Positions 49,500-59,710 of a DNA stretch of 64,000 nucleotides are shown piece after piece. The first letter of the stretch is position 1. Every line of letters starts with the position of its first letter. Position numbers and translations under genes: made by a program. Under the pieces are notes generated by a model. It saw only the letters and a list, made by a program, of their open reading frames with translations. It did no database searches and was not told the DNA's origin. The stretch covers positions 40,366 through 104,365 of the forward strand of contig JBFWWG010000013.1 in the NCBI GenBank assembly GCA_050246315.1, given 5' to 3'. Source of the DNA: Nitrospiraceae bacterium. Its GTDB lineage: Bacteria > Nitrospirota > Nitrospiria > Nitrospirales > Nitrospiraceae.

Positions 49500-51428
49500 G
49501 TGTTCCGCTACCACCTCCGTTTGGCCGTCCGGTGTTTCTTCTGCTGCCTACTCATCCTCCTATCCCGCATCGCCGCCGCCACTGTACATGATCCATCCGG
49601 TTACCTCAGCGAATTGATTCAAACCGCCGACAGAGAGGCGCTGGCCGATCGTCGAGAATGGCGACAGCTCCTTCACTACTACCCAAGGCTCTTTGGTGGC
49701 ATGAAGAGTCAACAGGACGACGAGGGATTCTTTCTTTCGCGGAAAGGAAAGACCAGTCCTCGGATCGAACTGGAAGCCACCCTGGCCGCCTTTTTCAGAG
49801 ACGATCTCGTCGGGCGTTCCAGACAACCGGCCCAATGCGCGTTCATGGCCCGGTACACATGGTTGAAGCAACAGTTGGCGTTCGATGAGCGGCGCCTGCC
49901 TCCGCAACGTTGCGAGCGGTTTGAAAATTGGTTCAAGGAATTGAATGCCGAGGGCATCAGCCTGATTTTTCCCGCCGGGTTCATGAACAACCCGGCTTCC
50001 ATGTTCGGACATACTTTTTTACGCATCGATCAGCGGGGTCAGACCGAGCAGACGCGGATTCTCGCCTACACGATCAATTTCGCGGCGGAAATTCCTCCTG
50101 ATGCCGGACCGGAATATGCCTACAAGGGAATCTTCGGAGGCTATCCGGGGCGATATTCGACCATTCCCTACTACTTGAAGGTGCAAGAATACCGCGATAT
50201 TGAGAACCGCGATATCTGGGAATATCGGCTGAATCTGTCTGAGGAGCAGATCCGGCGGCTGCTCATGCACGCCTGGGAAATGGGCAATGCCACGTTTGAC
50301 TATTATTTTTTTGATGAAAACTGCGCCTACCACATTCTCTCGCTGCTCGATGCAGCCGACCCGTCATTCCATCTCACCGACGGGTTCCCGTTCTATACCC
50401 TGCCGAGCGACACGGTTCGCCGGGTCATCTCGCACCCGGGACTGGTCAAGGACGTCGTGTATCGGCCATCGAGACGCACGCTGGTCGGTCAGAAGCAGCG
50501 AGCCATGTCGCCAGATGAGAGGGTGCTGCTTGGGAACCTGGTTGAGGATCCGCAGGTGTTGCAGACCGACGCGTTTGCCGCGCGCACGCCCGAGCGGCAA
50601 GCGTTCCTCATGGATACAGCCTCCGATTACCTCCTCATGCGAGGGGGGGGAGATCCTCAACGTTCCTCCGTGTTCAAGGATCGTAATCGGGCGATTCTTC
50701 TGGCCCGGAGCAGGCTCAAGGTCCTGCCGGAGGAGCCGCCTATCGTACCATTCACCGACCGGCCCGACCGCGGACACGGTACGGCTCGCGTCGGGGTGGG
50801 TGCGGGATGGCGTAACAACGACGCATACACGGAACTGGCTTTCCGCGGGGTGTATCATGATCTCCTGGACCCGGAACCGGGCTATACGCCGGATGCGCAG
50901 ATCGAGTTGGTTTCCGTGGGGCTCAGGTACTACCACAATCAAGATCAGACCAGACTGGAACGATTCGGGGTCATGAATGTGGTTTCGTTGTCTCCGATGG
51001 ATAACCTGTTCAAGGCGCCGTCCTGGAAGATGAATCTGGGGATGAACACCATCAAGTACAATACCTGCGATCTGTGCAGCAACGGGGTCGCCGGCGGAGG
51101 CATCGGCGCGGCCTTCGAGACCAGGTGGTTCAAACGGGAAGTCTACTTTGGGTTTGCTGAGGTCGAGGCGAACTACAGCCGGGCCTATGATGACCGGTAT
51201 CGGATCGGAGGAGGCGGTACCCTCGGTGTGTTGGCGGATCTCACCGAACGGTGGAAGCTGCTGGTCTCGTCCACCTATCTCACCTTTCCGCTGGGGGATC
51301 GGTCGGACGATTGGCGATGGTCAGTCGGACAACGATATACGATCAGCCAGAATCTCGCCCTCCGGCTCGAGTATCATCACCGCGATCACGACAACGATGT
51401 TGAGTTCCTGTTGCACGCCTATTTCTGA
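49500..51428 (+). CDS. DUF4105 / Lnb-like protein with C-terminal beta-barrel
   Basis: QCAFMARYTWL, NNPASMFGHTFLRID, ENRDIWEYRLNL, YYFFDENCAY, YHDLLD; ends in LHAYF. Confidence 0.85.
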   Translation: MFRYHLRLAVRCFFCCLLILLSRIAAATVHDPSGYLSELIQTADREALADRREWRQLLHYYPRLFGGMKSQQDDEGFFLSRKGKTSPRIELEATLAAFFRDDLVGRSRQPAQCAFMARYTWLKQQLAFDERRLPPQRCERFENWFKELNAEGISLIFPAGFMNNPASMFGHTFLRIDQRGQTEQTRILAYTINFAAEIPPDAGPEYAYKGIFGGYPGRYSTIPYYLKVQEYRDIENRDIWEYRLNLSEEQIRRLLMHAWEMGNATFDYYFFDENCAYHILSLLDAADPSFHLTDGFPFYTLPSDTVRRVISHPGLVKDVVYRPSRRTLVGQKQRAMSPDERVLLGNLVEDPQVLQTDAFAARTPERQAFLMDTASDYLLMRGGGDPQRSSVFKDRNRAILLARSRLKVLPEEPPIVPFTDRPDRGHGTARVGVGAGWRNNDAYTELAFRGVYHDLLDPEPGYTPDAQIELVSVGLRYYHNQDQTRLERFGVMNVVSLSPMDNLFKAPSWKMNLGMNTIKYNTCDLCSNGVAGGGIGAAFETRWFKREVYFGFAEVEANYSRAYDDRYRIGGGGTLGVLADLTERWKLLVSSTYLTFPLGDRSDDWRWSVGQRYTISQNLALRLEYHHRDHDNDVEFLLHAYF

Positions 51429-51450
51429 GCTGTGAGAGACCGAAGGGACT

Positions 51451-52206
51451 ATGCTCGACCGGCTGTTCCTCTATCATCCGGCGCCCTGGGAGGAGCGTGA
51501 CTGGGCAAGGTTGAGCGGTCTTCCGCTTGAGGAAGTGCGGTTCCGGGCGAAGGATGGTCCGGAACTGTTCGGTTGGTATCTCAGGGCTTCCCGGTCGTCG
51601 GCCGTGTTGTTATGGTGTCACGGCAATGCAGGTAACGTGACGCACCGGCTGGAAAATCTTCGCGCCCTCTACCAAACCGGCCTTTCGGTGCTGCTCTTTG
51701 ATTATCGTGGCTATGGCCGCAGCGAAGGTCGACCGTCCGAGCAGGGGCTGTATCGAGACGCCCTAGCCGCCTACGACCACTTGGTCACCCATCAGCACAT
51801 CGACTCGGAACGACTGGTGTTGTTTGGACGGTCGCTCGGGGGAGCCGTGGCCGGCGAACTGGCAGTGCGACGTCGGGCAGCGGGTCTGATTCTGGAATCG
51901 ACGTTTCCGTCCGTCGAGGCCGTTGCCAGATTCCACTACTGGGGGTTGCCCGCTCATTGGCTGATTGGCGCCGAATTCCGTTTGGTCGACCGGTTGCCGC
52001 ACCTCATGCTTCCATCCCTTGTGATCCATGGAGATCAAGACGATCTGATTCCCCCGGCCTTGGGGAAGGCCGTCTTCGATGCGCTCAAGGGACCCAAGAC
52101 CTTTTACCTGGTGAAAGGAGCCGATCATAATAACTTGCCGTTTCAGGGAGGACTCGCCTATTTCACCCGCCTTCGTTCGTTCATCGAGTCCGTCGTTCGG
52201 GGATAG
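51451..52206 (+). CDS. Alpha/beta hydrolase (YfhR/ABHD17-like)
   Basis: CHGNAGN, DYRGYGRSEGRPSEQGLY, FGRSLGG, IHGDQDDLIP, GADHNN. Confidence 0.92.
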   Translation: MLDRLFLYHPAPWEERDWARLSGLPLEEVRFRAKDGPELFGWYLRASRSSAVLLWCHGNAGNVTHRLENLRALYQTGLSVLLFDYRGYGRSEGRPSEQGLYRDALAAYDHLVTHQHIDSERLVLFGRSLGGAVAGELAVRRRAAGLILESTFPSVEAVARFHYWGLPAHWLIGAEFRLVDRLPHLMLPSLVIHGDQDDLIPPALGKAVFDALKGPKTFYLVKGADHNNLPFQGGLAYFTRLRSFIESVVRG

Positions 52207-52512
52207 CTCGCTTCTTGCACCAAAATTCGTCACCATTCACCCGGTGCTCTGTGATCTCAACGAATGGGACGGCAATTGCAGGAAGAGGCATCGTGAATCC
52301 TTCGGGGCTAGGACCACTCCCTAACACAGCCCTTCAAACGACCTAATCCCTCTCCACAACTATGGATCCGGTAGCGAGACTCATTCATCACGAACATACG
52401 AGTCTCAATGGATCGAGTCTTGCATTGCTTACGATCTCCCTCAGTCTAGTGGTTAAGAGGTGTGCTTACGTATTCAAATGCTTAGGCGGACAGTGTACAA
52501 TCTGGAACACTC

Positions 52513-53019
52513 ATGAGATTGCCGGTCAAAATGAGCGTGGGTTATGAAGGTGCCACGCTGGTCCTCGACAATACCCGAGAACTGCTGTCCGTGATCTCTC
52601 CGGCTGGAGAGGTCCTGGGGACGGTCAGTTGGGCCTCTGTGATCGAGTTGGTTCAAAGCCGGCAAGAAAGTGATGATCGGGAATCGGTCCAGGGGATGGT
52701 TCCCCTGGCGTTGAAGGTGCAGTACCATGCGGCAGGATCTGTATCCGGCGAGGGGCTCACGGCGGAATTCGGAGGAGGTGGGTTTTTCCTGGAGACCGGC
52801 ACTCCGTTGCCTGTCGGGACCGAGCTCACCGTCGAGTTTTCCTTACCTGATCAGCCGCATCAACTGCATGCATCGAAAGCCAAAGTCGTGTGGGTTCGGC
52901 ACAAACCGGAACGTCATCTCTTTCTTCCGGGGATGGAAGTGCAGTTTGTCGATCTCCCGGAGACTGTCCATCGGCAGGTCCGCGACCTTGTCGCAGCGCT
53001 CCAGCGGGCCAGGCGCTGA
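52513..53019 (+). CDS. PilZ-domain protein (degenerate motifs)
   Basis: GGGGFFLETGTPLPVGTELTVEFSLP, AKVVWVR, GMEVQF; RxxxR motif absent. Confidence 0.75.
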   Translation: MRLPVKMSVGYEGATLVLDNTRELLSVISPAGEVLGTVSWASVIELVQSRQESDDRESVQGMVPLALKVQYHAAGSVSGEGLTAEFGGGGFFLETGTPLPVGTELTVEFSLPDQPHQLHASKAKVVWVRHKPERHLFLPGMEVQFVDLPETVHRQVRDLVAALQRARR

Positions 53020-53257
53020 TTTTCCGCCCCACCGTTAACAGACCGGCACCCATGGTCGTTTCCCTTTCCGATCCCCAATACCGACATTGTGAATCTGGTT
53101 TCGCACACGGGTAGGAAGCGGCCGGATCGATTTTATCCGTCCACTCTCTGAGATACTTTGAGTTGTCGCTCTCTATTTGCTAAAGTTCAGCCTTCTACGC
53201 AGTTCATACAATCAGGATAAGTTGAATACAGTGGAATGTCATTGCGAGGGTAGGACT

Positions 53258-54232
53258 GTGTCAGCAGTGGGATGTCGGAGGTGGCGAGAGGCCCTGCTGT
53301 GGCTTGTCCTCATCAGTCTGAGCGGATGCGCCGATCACATCGAGTTGCTTCAGGCCAGCCACGCCTCGTCATTTCACCTGTCATCGGTCCTGCCGACAGC
53401 CGAACAGGAACGAATCCCCGTCTCGATGGCAGCGGCCGCCGAACCAGTCATGGCTGGCTCGCAAACGCCCCCCCCTTCGCCGCAGTCTGCCCAATCAGGC
53501 ACAACCGATTTGCCCGACGACCTTGCCGGGGACGAGCCCTTCGATCCGTTTGCCAGTCCGCAAGATGTTGTCGAGGAATACGATCCCTGGGAGCCGTTGA
53601 ACGTCTTTATGTTCGAGGTCAACCGCAAGATCGACACGTATGCCCTCAAGCCGATTGCCAGGGCCTATAACGCCGTGCTTCCCAATGATGTTCAGCGAGG
53701 GGTGCAGAATTTCTTTCATAACGCTCGTACAGGGCCTCGATTCTTCAACAATCTATTCCAAGGGAAGCTGAGAGGGGCGGGTATAGAACTCGGCCGCTTT
53801 GCGCTCAACACCACCTTTGGTCTCGGCGGCTTCTTTGACGTGGCCAAGCACATGCGAATCGAGACGCCCGATGAGGATTTTGGCCAGACGTTGGGCTATT
53901 ACAACGTGCCGCAGGGACCCTATCTCGTCATCCCGCTGTTTCCGCCGTTCACGGTCCGCGATTTTACCGGTTACTTGATGGATCTGGCGCTTGATCCGAT
54001 CAACTGGCTGGTGTTTCCGATCATTGAGATCAACAACGTTCCCTCGTTGGTCGCCCACCAAAACCGCATGACCACCACAATTGTGCAACTGGGTTCCCGA
54101 GCCACCTTCATCGTCAATGAGCGGTCGCGTAATCTGGAGACGTTCGAAGGAGTTGAGGAGTCTACAATCGACCTGTACAGTGCCGTCCGCAACGCCTATC
54201 TGCAGAAACGCGTGAAGCTGGTTCGGGAGTAA
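53258..54232 (+). CDS. mlaA: MlaA/VacJ family lipoprotein
   Basis: Lipobox LSGC; YDPWEPLN..MFEVN, RFALNTTFGLGGFFDVA, EDFGQTLG, GPYLVIP, DLYSAVRNAYLQ. Confidence 0.92.
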   Translation: MSAVGCRRWREALLWLVLISLSGCADHIELLQASHASSFHLSSVLPTAEQERIPVSMAAAAEPVMAGSQTPPPSPQSAQSGTTDLPDDLAGDEPFDPFASPQDVVEEYDPWEPLNVFMFEVNRKIDTYALKPIARAYNAVLPNDVQRGVQNFFHNARTGPRFFNNLFQGKLRGAGIELGRFALNTTFGLGGFFDVAKHMRIETPDEDFGQTLGYYNVPQGPYLVIPLFPPFTVRDFTGYLMDLALDPINWLVFPIIEINNVPSLVAHQNRMTTTIVQLGSRATFIVNERSRNLETFEGVEESTIDLYSAVRNAYLQKRVKLVRE

Positions 54233-54240
54233 GATGAAAT

Positions 54241-54350
54241 CGTCACTCGTCAAACGTCATTGGTCATTCGAGAGAGTTTCTCTCCAGGGGGGAGTCATCG
54301 GAGCGTGGGAGTTTGTAGCGGCCGACGAATGAGGCTTGACCCTTGACGCG
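54241..54350. repeat. Degenerate heptamer repeats in inverted arrangement between convergent genes
   Basis: CGTCACT CGTCAAA CGTCATT GGTCATT ... CGACGAA TGAGGCT TGACCCT TGACGCG. Confidence 0.6.
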
Positions 54351-54356
54351 ACCGCT

Positions 54357-55559
54357 TCAGGCGATCACGCCGAGTTCCCGTCCGACCTTGGCGAAGGCCT
54401 GCACCGCACGGTCCAGGTGCTCTCTGGTATGGGCGGCAGAGAGTTGCACGCGAATGCGGGCATGACCTTTCGGGACCACGGGGTAGCTGAACCCCACCAC
54501 ATAGATTCCTTCTTGGAGTAACCGGTCGGCCATTCTTGTCGCCAAGGTCGCATCGCCCAGCATGATCGGAACGATCGGGTGGGTGCCGGGCAGCAGTTGG
54601 AACCCCAAGCGACTCAGCTCCGTGCGGAAGAACTCGCTGTTCGCCTGGAGCGCGGCGCGAAGCCCATCCCCCTGGGCGACTAGCTTCACGGCCTGGAGCG
54701 CTGCCGCCGCAATCACGGGTGGAAGCGAATTCGAGAAGAGATAGGGACGGGATCGCTGGCGCAGCAGTTCGATGATCTCCGTACGTCCCGTCGTGAATCC
54801 GCCGGCTGCGCCGCCCAGAGCTTTTCCCAATGTGCTGGTGATCAGATCAATGCGGTTCGCGACCCCGAAGTGAGCGGGTGTGCCCCGCCCCCCAGGCCCC
54901 AACACCCCGGTCGCATGACTGTCGTCCACGACGACGACGGCGTCGTACCGGTCGGCCAAGTCCGCGATCCGATCCAGCGGCGCCAGATCGCCGTCCATGG
55001 AGAAGACGCCGTCGGTGGCGATCAGACGGAGGCGGCAGGAAGCCGCCTCCGTCAAGGCCGCCTCCAATTCGCCCATGTCGGCGTGCGCATAGCGGAACCG
55101 TTTAGCTTTGCAGAGGCGAATGCCGTCGATCAGGCTGGCATGATTGAGCGCATCGCTGATGACTGCATCCTCTTCACCCAACAGCGTGTCGAACAGCCCG
55201 CCGTTCGCATCGAAACAGGAACTGTAGAGGATGGTATCTCCGGTCCCGAGGAAGGTGCTGACGGCCCGCTCAAGACGCCGATGCAGGTCTTGTGTCCCGC
55301 AAATAAACCGCACGGAAGCCATTCCGTAACCATGTTGATCGAGTCCGTCCTTTGCGGATCTGCGGATCTCCGGATGGTTGGCGAGGCCGAGATAGTTATT
55401 GGCACAGAAGTTCAGTGCCTCGCGATGGCCGTGCCCGTGGGCCACCTGGATTTCAGCCCCTTGAGGGCCGAGCAGGTGCCGCTCGGTCTTGTAGAGGCCG
55501 GCACTCCGAATCTCGGACAGTTGGCGCTCGACGATGCTCTTCAACGACCCGTAAGCCAT
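54357..55559 (-). CDS. kbl: Glycine C-acetyltransferase (2-amino-3-ketobutyrate CoA ligase)
   Basis: [60 protein letters not shown]. Confidence 0.96.
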   Translation of the reverse strand: MAYGSLKSIVERQLSEIRSAGLYKTERHLLGPQGAEIQVAHGHGHREALNFCANNYLGLANHPEIRRSAKDGLDQHGYGMASVRFICGTQDLHRRLERAVSTFLGTGDTILYSSCFDANGGLFDTLLGEEDAVISDALNHASLIDGIRLCKAKRFRYAHADMGELEAALTEAASCRLRLIATDGVFSMDGDLAPLDRIADLADRYDAVVVVDDSHATGVLGPGGRGTPAHFGVANRIDLITSTLGKALGGAAGGFTTGRTEIIELLRQRSRPYLFSNSLPPVIAAAALQAVKLVAQGDGLRAALQANSEFFRTELSRLGFQLLPGTHPIVPIMLGDATLATRMADRLLQEGIYVVGFSYPVVPKGHARIRVQLSAAHTREHLDRAVQAFAKVGRELGVIA

Positions 55560-55623
55560 CTCACCTGTCTCCGATTGAAGGGCCGAGGGGAGGCCGGGGA
55601 TTTCAGAATAACCTCAGGCGATT

Positions 55624-56658
55624 CTAAGGAAATAGCACAACCTTCCCGCATTGACCCGAGTTGAGGAGGGTAAAGCCCTGTTCGAACTCCGCCAGTGGAA
55701 ACGTATGGGTGACGATGGGACGAATATCGAGCCCCGCCTTGAACAGTCCGGCAATGCGATACCAGGTCTCGAACAGGCGCCGCCCGGTGACCCCGTAGAC
55801 ACGGATACCTTTGAAGATGATTTCGTTCGGCAGATCGAAGCAGATGGGTCCTTTGGGAATGCCGAACAGCGTGACCCGACCTCCATTCTTGACTGCTCGG
55901 AATGCCTGGTGCAGCGCTGTCGGGTCCCCTGACATCTCCAGCGAGGCGTCCACGCCTTCGCCGTCCGTGATATCCCGGATGGCAGACGCAATGGCCTCAG
56001 AGGTGTCGGCTTTGACGTTCAAGGTATGATCCACGCCGAGCTGTTTGGCCAGGCCCAAACGATAGTCGCTCATGTCCGATGCGATGATGGTCGCGGCTCC
56101 GGCGGTCCGGGCGACGGCGGCGGCGAACAGGCCTGTGGGACCGCAGCCGGTGATCAGCAGCGTCTGCCCCGTCACATCTTCCGCCAACGCTGCGTCCACG
56201 GCGTTGCCGAGAGGTTCTTGGAGACAGGCCAGGTGAGACGGAATGTCCGGGGCTGTTTTCCAAAGCACGCCTTCCGGCAGGACCACATATTCTGCATAAG
56301 ACCCATCGAGATCGACGCCGAGAATGCGATAGTTCCGGCAGACGTGCGCTTTTCCCGTTCGACATTGGAAACAGCGCCCGCAGGTCAGATGGGATTCCGC
56401 GGCGACAGAGTCGCCGATCTTCACCAACGATACGGATGCCCCGATCTCCGCAACCTCGCCGCACAGTTCGTGGCCGACGGTGAGGGGCAGGTGGATGCGG
56501 CTTTCCGCCCAGGTGTCCCAATTGTAGATGTGTGCATCCGTTCCGCAGATCGATGTGGCCTTGACGCGCACGACGACGTCGTGAGGCCCGGGACGCGGGT
56601 CCGGTCGATCGGTCAGAACCAAGCCGGGTCCGGAAGCCAGCTTGCGTACGGCTTGCAT
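55624..56658 (-). CDS. tdh: L-threonine 3-dehydrogenase
   Basis: SICGTDAHIYNWD.W, GHE, AESHLTCGRCFQC, EPLGNAV, LEMSG; adjacent to kbl. Confidence 0.93.
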   Translation of the reverse strand: MQAVRKLASGPGLVLTDRPDPRPGPHDVVVRVKATSICGTDAHIYNWDTWAESRIHLPLTVGHELCGEVAEIGASVSLVKIGDSVAAESHLTCGRCFQCRTGKAHVCRNYRILGVDLDGSYAEYVVLPEGVLWKTAPDIPSHLACLQEPLGNAVDAALAEDVTGQTLLITGCGPTGLFAAAVARTAGAATIIASDMSDYRLGLAKQLGVDHTLNVKADTSEAIASAIRDITDGEGVDASLEMSGDPTALHQAFRAVKNGGRVTLFGIPKGPICFDLPNEIIFKGIRVYGVTGRRLFETWYRIAGLFKAGLDIRPIVTHTFPLAEFEQGFTLLNSGQCGKVVLFP

Positions 56659-56754
56659 GGGCGCATTATCCCACAATCGGGATTAGATGCGAAGGAAACA
56701 CGCTTTGCGTTCACGGCGGTTGCATCACATTTTCGGGAACGGTAGGATGCAGCC

Positions 56755-57858
56755 ATGCCTCGCGCGACGGACCAACGACGATGGCCGGTTCGGACGCCCG
56801 TCTTTTTCCTTCCCGCGTTACTGATCAGCGCGTCGCTCGCACCGCTCCAAAGCGAGGCAGCCGAGTCCAAGAATCCCGCCGGCAAACCTCCCGCTCCCAA
56901 ACCTTCCCTGAACGTAAGCCTGGAGGATGACGTGGGGACCGGTGTTGTGCAGTTTGGGGAGGAGCTGCCGCTGGCCGTCACCCTCGCCGACGGGCCGAAG
57001 AGCGCCACGTCCTTGGTCGCTGTGGTCGAGAGCCTGGCCTTCGACAAGGCCATGGTGCCGATGGAGCAAACGGAGACGCCGGGCGAGTGGAAGGCCGCGA
57101 TGACCATCCAACCGAAGCCGGTGGGGTATACGTCGGTGAGACCGAAGGCGGTGCGCCTGCGGGTCACCATATCCCGTGTTCGAGACAATGCGCTCAAGCG
57201 CGTTCTCGCCCGCACTATCTATCTGACCATGGTGCACGAGCCGACCAAGCCGCAGGAAAAAGATAGCGAGGAGGAAGCCTCCGAGGCGCCCGTCAACGAG
57301 ATGCCGCTCGATGAGGTCCAACCGGATGTCCCGCCGGTGGCCAATGTGCTGATCGCAGAGGAAGACCTCAGGCCGTTGCCGGAGACCAAACGAGAACGGC
57401 TGTATTGGAAGGAAATCACGCGACTGATCAGCCGAAGCTGGAGCTACCGGATGCGGTTTGCACGGGGCGTCAATGAGGCGAGGGAAACGGTGCGGGTGCG
57501 GTTTCGCATGCATGCGAACGGGAATGCGCAGCTCATTCAGCTCGAACGGAGCTCGGGGGTCCGTGAAGTCGATGAAGCGGGTCTGTTGGCGATCGTGCAG
57601 GCCCATCCCTTCCCACCGATTCCCGGCGGCATCAATGAACAGTATGTCGATGTCCACGTCCGTATGCGAACCGGGGCAAGGCCGGCTGCCGTGGTGCCAC
57701 TGACCTCGCAAGCGCCGGCGCCGGTCGGAACGATCGCTCCTGAAGCGAGGGGACCGGCGACCGTGCCTGATCCGAAAGGAGACCAGAAATCCGCCGAGAT
57801 CACCGGCGTCGAATCCAAAGAGCCGAAGCCGGTGGAGTCCAAGCCGGTGACGAAGTGA
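56755..57858 (+). CDS. Exported protein with a TonB C-terminal-like domain
   Basis: Signal peptide; YWKEI...ISRSW, VRVRFRM..NG, RSSGVREVDEAGLLAIVQAHPFPPIP. Confidence 0.75.
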   Translation: MPRATDQRRWPVRTPVFFLPALLISASLAPLQSEAAESKNPAGKPPAPKPSLNVSLEDDVGTGVVQFGEELPLAVTLADGPKSATSLVAVVESLAFDKAMVPMEQTETPGEWKAAMTIQPKPVGYTSVRPKAVRLRVTISRVRDNALKRVLARTIYLTMVHEPTKPQEKDSEEEASEAPVNEMPLDEVQPDVPPVANVLIAEEDLRPLPETKRERLYWKEITRLISRSWSYRMRFARGVNEARETVRVRFRMHANGNAQLIQLERSSGVREVDEAGLLAIVQAHPFPPIPGGINEQYVDVHVRMRTGARPAAVVPLTSQAPAPVGTIAPEARGPATVPDPKGDQKSAEITGVESKEPKPVESKPVTK

Positions 57859-57904
57859 CCGGACCGTCCGTGTACTTGTTCACAACCAAGGAAGAGGTGA
57901 AGCG

Positions 57905-58519
57905 ATGCGGAGCACCGTGACTCGAAGTCTGTGGGTAGTTGGCATGTTGGCGGGTGTCGTCCTGGGCGGGGGGGCGGCTTGGGGCGAGATGGCCCGGTAC
58001 GACGTGGATCTGGAACATTCCATTATCGAGTTCCAGGTCAAACACATGGTGATCTCCAAGACGACCGGTCGGTTCACGGATTACAGCGGATTCGTCGAGA
58101 TGGACCCGGAGGCGGGTCAATTCAAGACCATCGAAGCGACCATCAAGGCCGCCTCGGTGAATACCAATCATGAGAAACGGGACACCCATCTCCGGAGCCC
58201 TGACTTTTTCGATGTGGAAAAATATCCCTCGATTACGTTCAAGCTCAAACAGGTCAAGAAAACGGGCGAGGAATATACCGCTACTGGAGATCTCACGATA
58301 CGCGGGATTACCAAGGAGATTACCTTGGTCGGCGCCTTCAACGGGATCACCAAGGACCCCTGGGGAAACGTGCGTGCAGGGTTTACGGGAAAAGGGAAGG
58401 TCAATCGGAAGGATTTCGGGATGAACTGGAACAAGGCTTTGGATAGCGGCGGCTTGATCGTCGGCGACGAGGTCGATATCCGGTTGGAAGTCGAGGTGAT
58501 CAAGGCCAAAGGTGGTTGA
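57905..58519 (+). CDS. yceI: YceI family polyisoprenoid-binding protein
   Basis: HSIIEFQVKHM, RDTHLRSPDFFDVEKYP, GDLTIRG, DPWGNVRAGF, RKDFGMNWN. Confidence 0.95.
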   Translation: MRSTVTRSLWVVGMLAGVVLGGGAAWGEMARYDVDLEHSIIEFQVKHMVISKTTGRFTDYSGFVEMDPEAGQFKTIEATIKAASVNTNHEKRDTHLRSPDFFDVEKYPSITFKLKQVKKTGEEYTATGDLTIRGITKEITLVGAFNGITKDPWGNVRAGFTGKGKVNRKDFGMNWNKALDSGGLIVGDEVDIRLEVEVIKAKGG

Positions 58520-58622
58520 TAGGATCGTCATCCACTCGTTGTCGGGCACTCTCTCGCGGCCTGATCCGTCAACCTCTTCAGACGGCTCAGGCCGCGGGTG
58601 CCGCCCCTAATCTGCCTCCGAG

Positions 58623-59633
58623 ATGTCGCTCATGCAAGCCATGGTGTTGCATCGGCCGGCCGATATTCGGTCCGCGCCGTTGGTCTTGGAGGATGTGCCG
58701 GAGCCTGTGCCTGGGGCGAGAGATCTTCTGGTTCGGGTGTCGGTCTGCGGTATTTGCCGAACGGATTTGCACGTGATCGAGGCAGAGTTGCCTCCGCACA
58801 AATCTCCGATGATCCCGGGACACCAGATTGTTGGCATGGTGAAAACGGTCGGTTCCGAGGTGCGGTCGTTTCGTCCGGGTGATCGCGTGGGCATCGCATG
58901 GCTCCGGAGCACCTGCGGGACTTGCGACTTTTGCCTGACGGGACGGGAGAATCTCTGCCCCTCCGCCCGCTTCACCGGCTACCACGAGGATGGTGGATTT
59001 TCGACGGCGGCCGTCGTGCCGGAAACCTTTGCCTATCCGATCCCTTCGATCTTTGCCGACGAAGAGGCGGCGCCGCTCCTCTGCGCGGGCATCATCGGAT
59101 ATCGCGCGTTGCGCCTCAGCGGTATCCAACCGGGACAACGGCTTGGGCTTTATGGGTTCGGAGCTGCAGCCCATCTGGCCATTCAGGTCGCCCGGCATTG
59201 GGACTGCGACGTCTATGTCTGTTCCCTCAAAACGGAGCATCAGGCCATGGCCTTAGAGATGGGGGCGAGATGGGCGGGCCATGCGGTGGCTGTCCCGCCC
59301 AAGAAACTCCATGCCTCTATCATCTTTGCCCCAGCAGGCGAACTGGTGCCTCCGGCCTTGCGGGCGTTGGAGCAGGGTGGCACGCTCGCGCTGGCCGGGA
59401 TTCACATGAGCCCGATCCCTTCGCTCGATTATGACACGGAGGTGTTCGGCGAACGGGTCATTCGCAGCGTCACGGCCAACACCAAGCAGGACGGAATGGA
59501 TTTTCTCCGCGTCGCGGCCGAGGTTCCGATCAGGCCCCGCACCACCAGCTTTCGGCTCGACGAAGCCAACCGGGCGTTGCAATCCCTGAAGGCGGGAACC
59601 ATCAACGGCTCCGGCGTGCTCGTGATGACCTGA
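58623..59633 (+). CDS. Zinc-dependent alcohol dehydrogenase family protein
   Basis: CGICRTDLH, PGHQIVG, CGTCDFC..ENLC, APLLCAGIIGYRAL, GLYGFGAAAH. Confidence 0.93.
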   Translation: MSLMQAMVLHRPADIRSAPLVLEDVPEPVPGARDLLVRVSVCGICRTDLHVIEAELPPHKSPMIPGHQIVGMVKTVGSEVRSFRPGDRVGIAWLRSTCGTCDFCLTGRENLCPSARFTGYHEDGGFSTAAVVPETFAYPIPSIFADEEAAPLLCAGIIGYRALRLSGIQPGQRLGLYGFGAAAHLAIQVARHWDCDVYVCSLKTEHQAMALEMGARWAGHAVAVPPKKLHASIIFAPAGELVPPALRALEQGGTLALAGIHMSPIPSLDYDTEVFGERVIRSVTANTKQDGMDFLRVAAEVPIRPRTTSFRLDEANRALQSLKAGTINGSGVLVMT

Positions 59634-59710
59634 ATCGCTCTCGTGCCGGACTGGACGGTTCGACCTCCGCAGCGGCGCGGGTCCGGCTCTAGCTTATGGT
59701 AGGATGCAGC

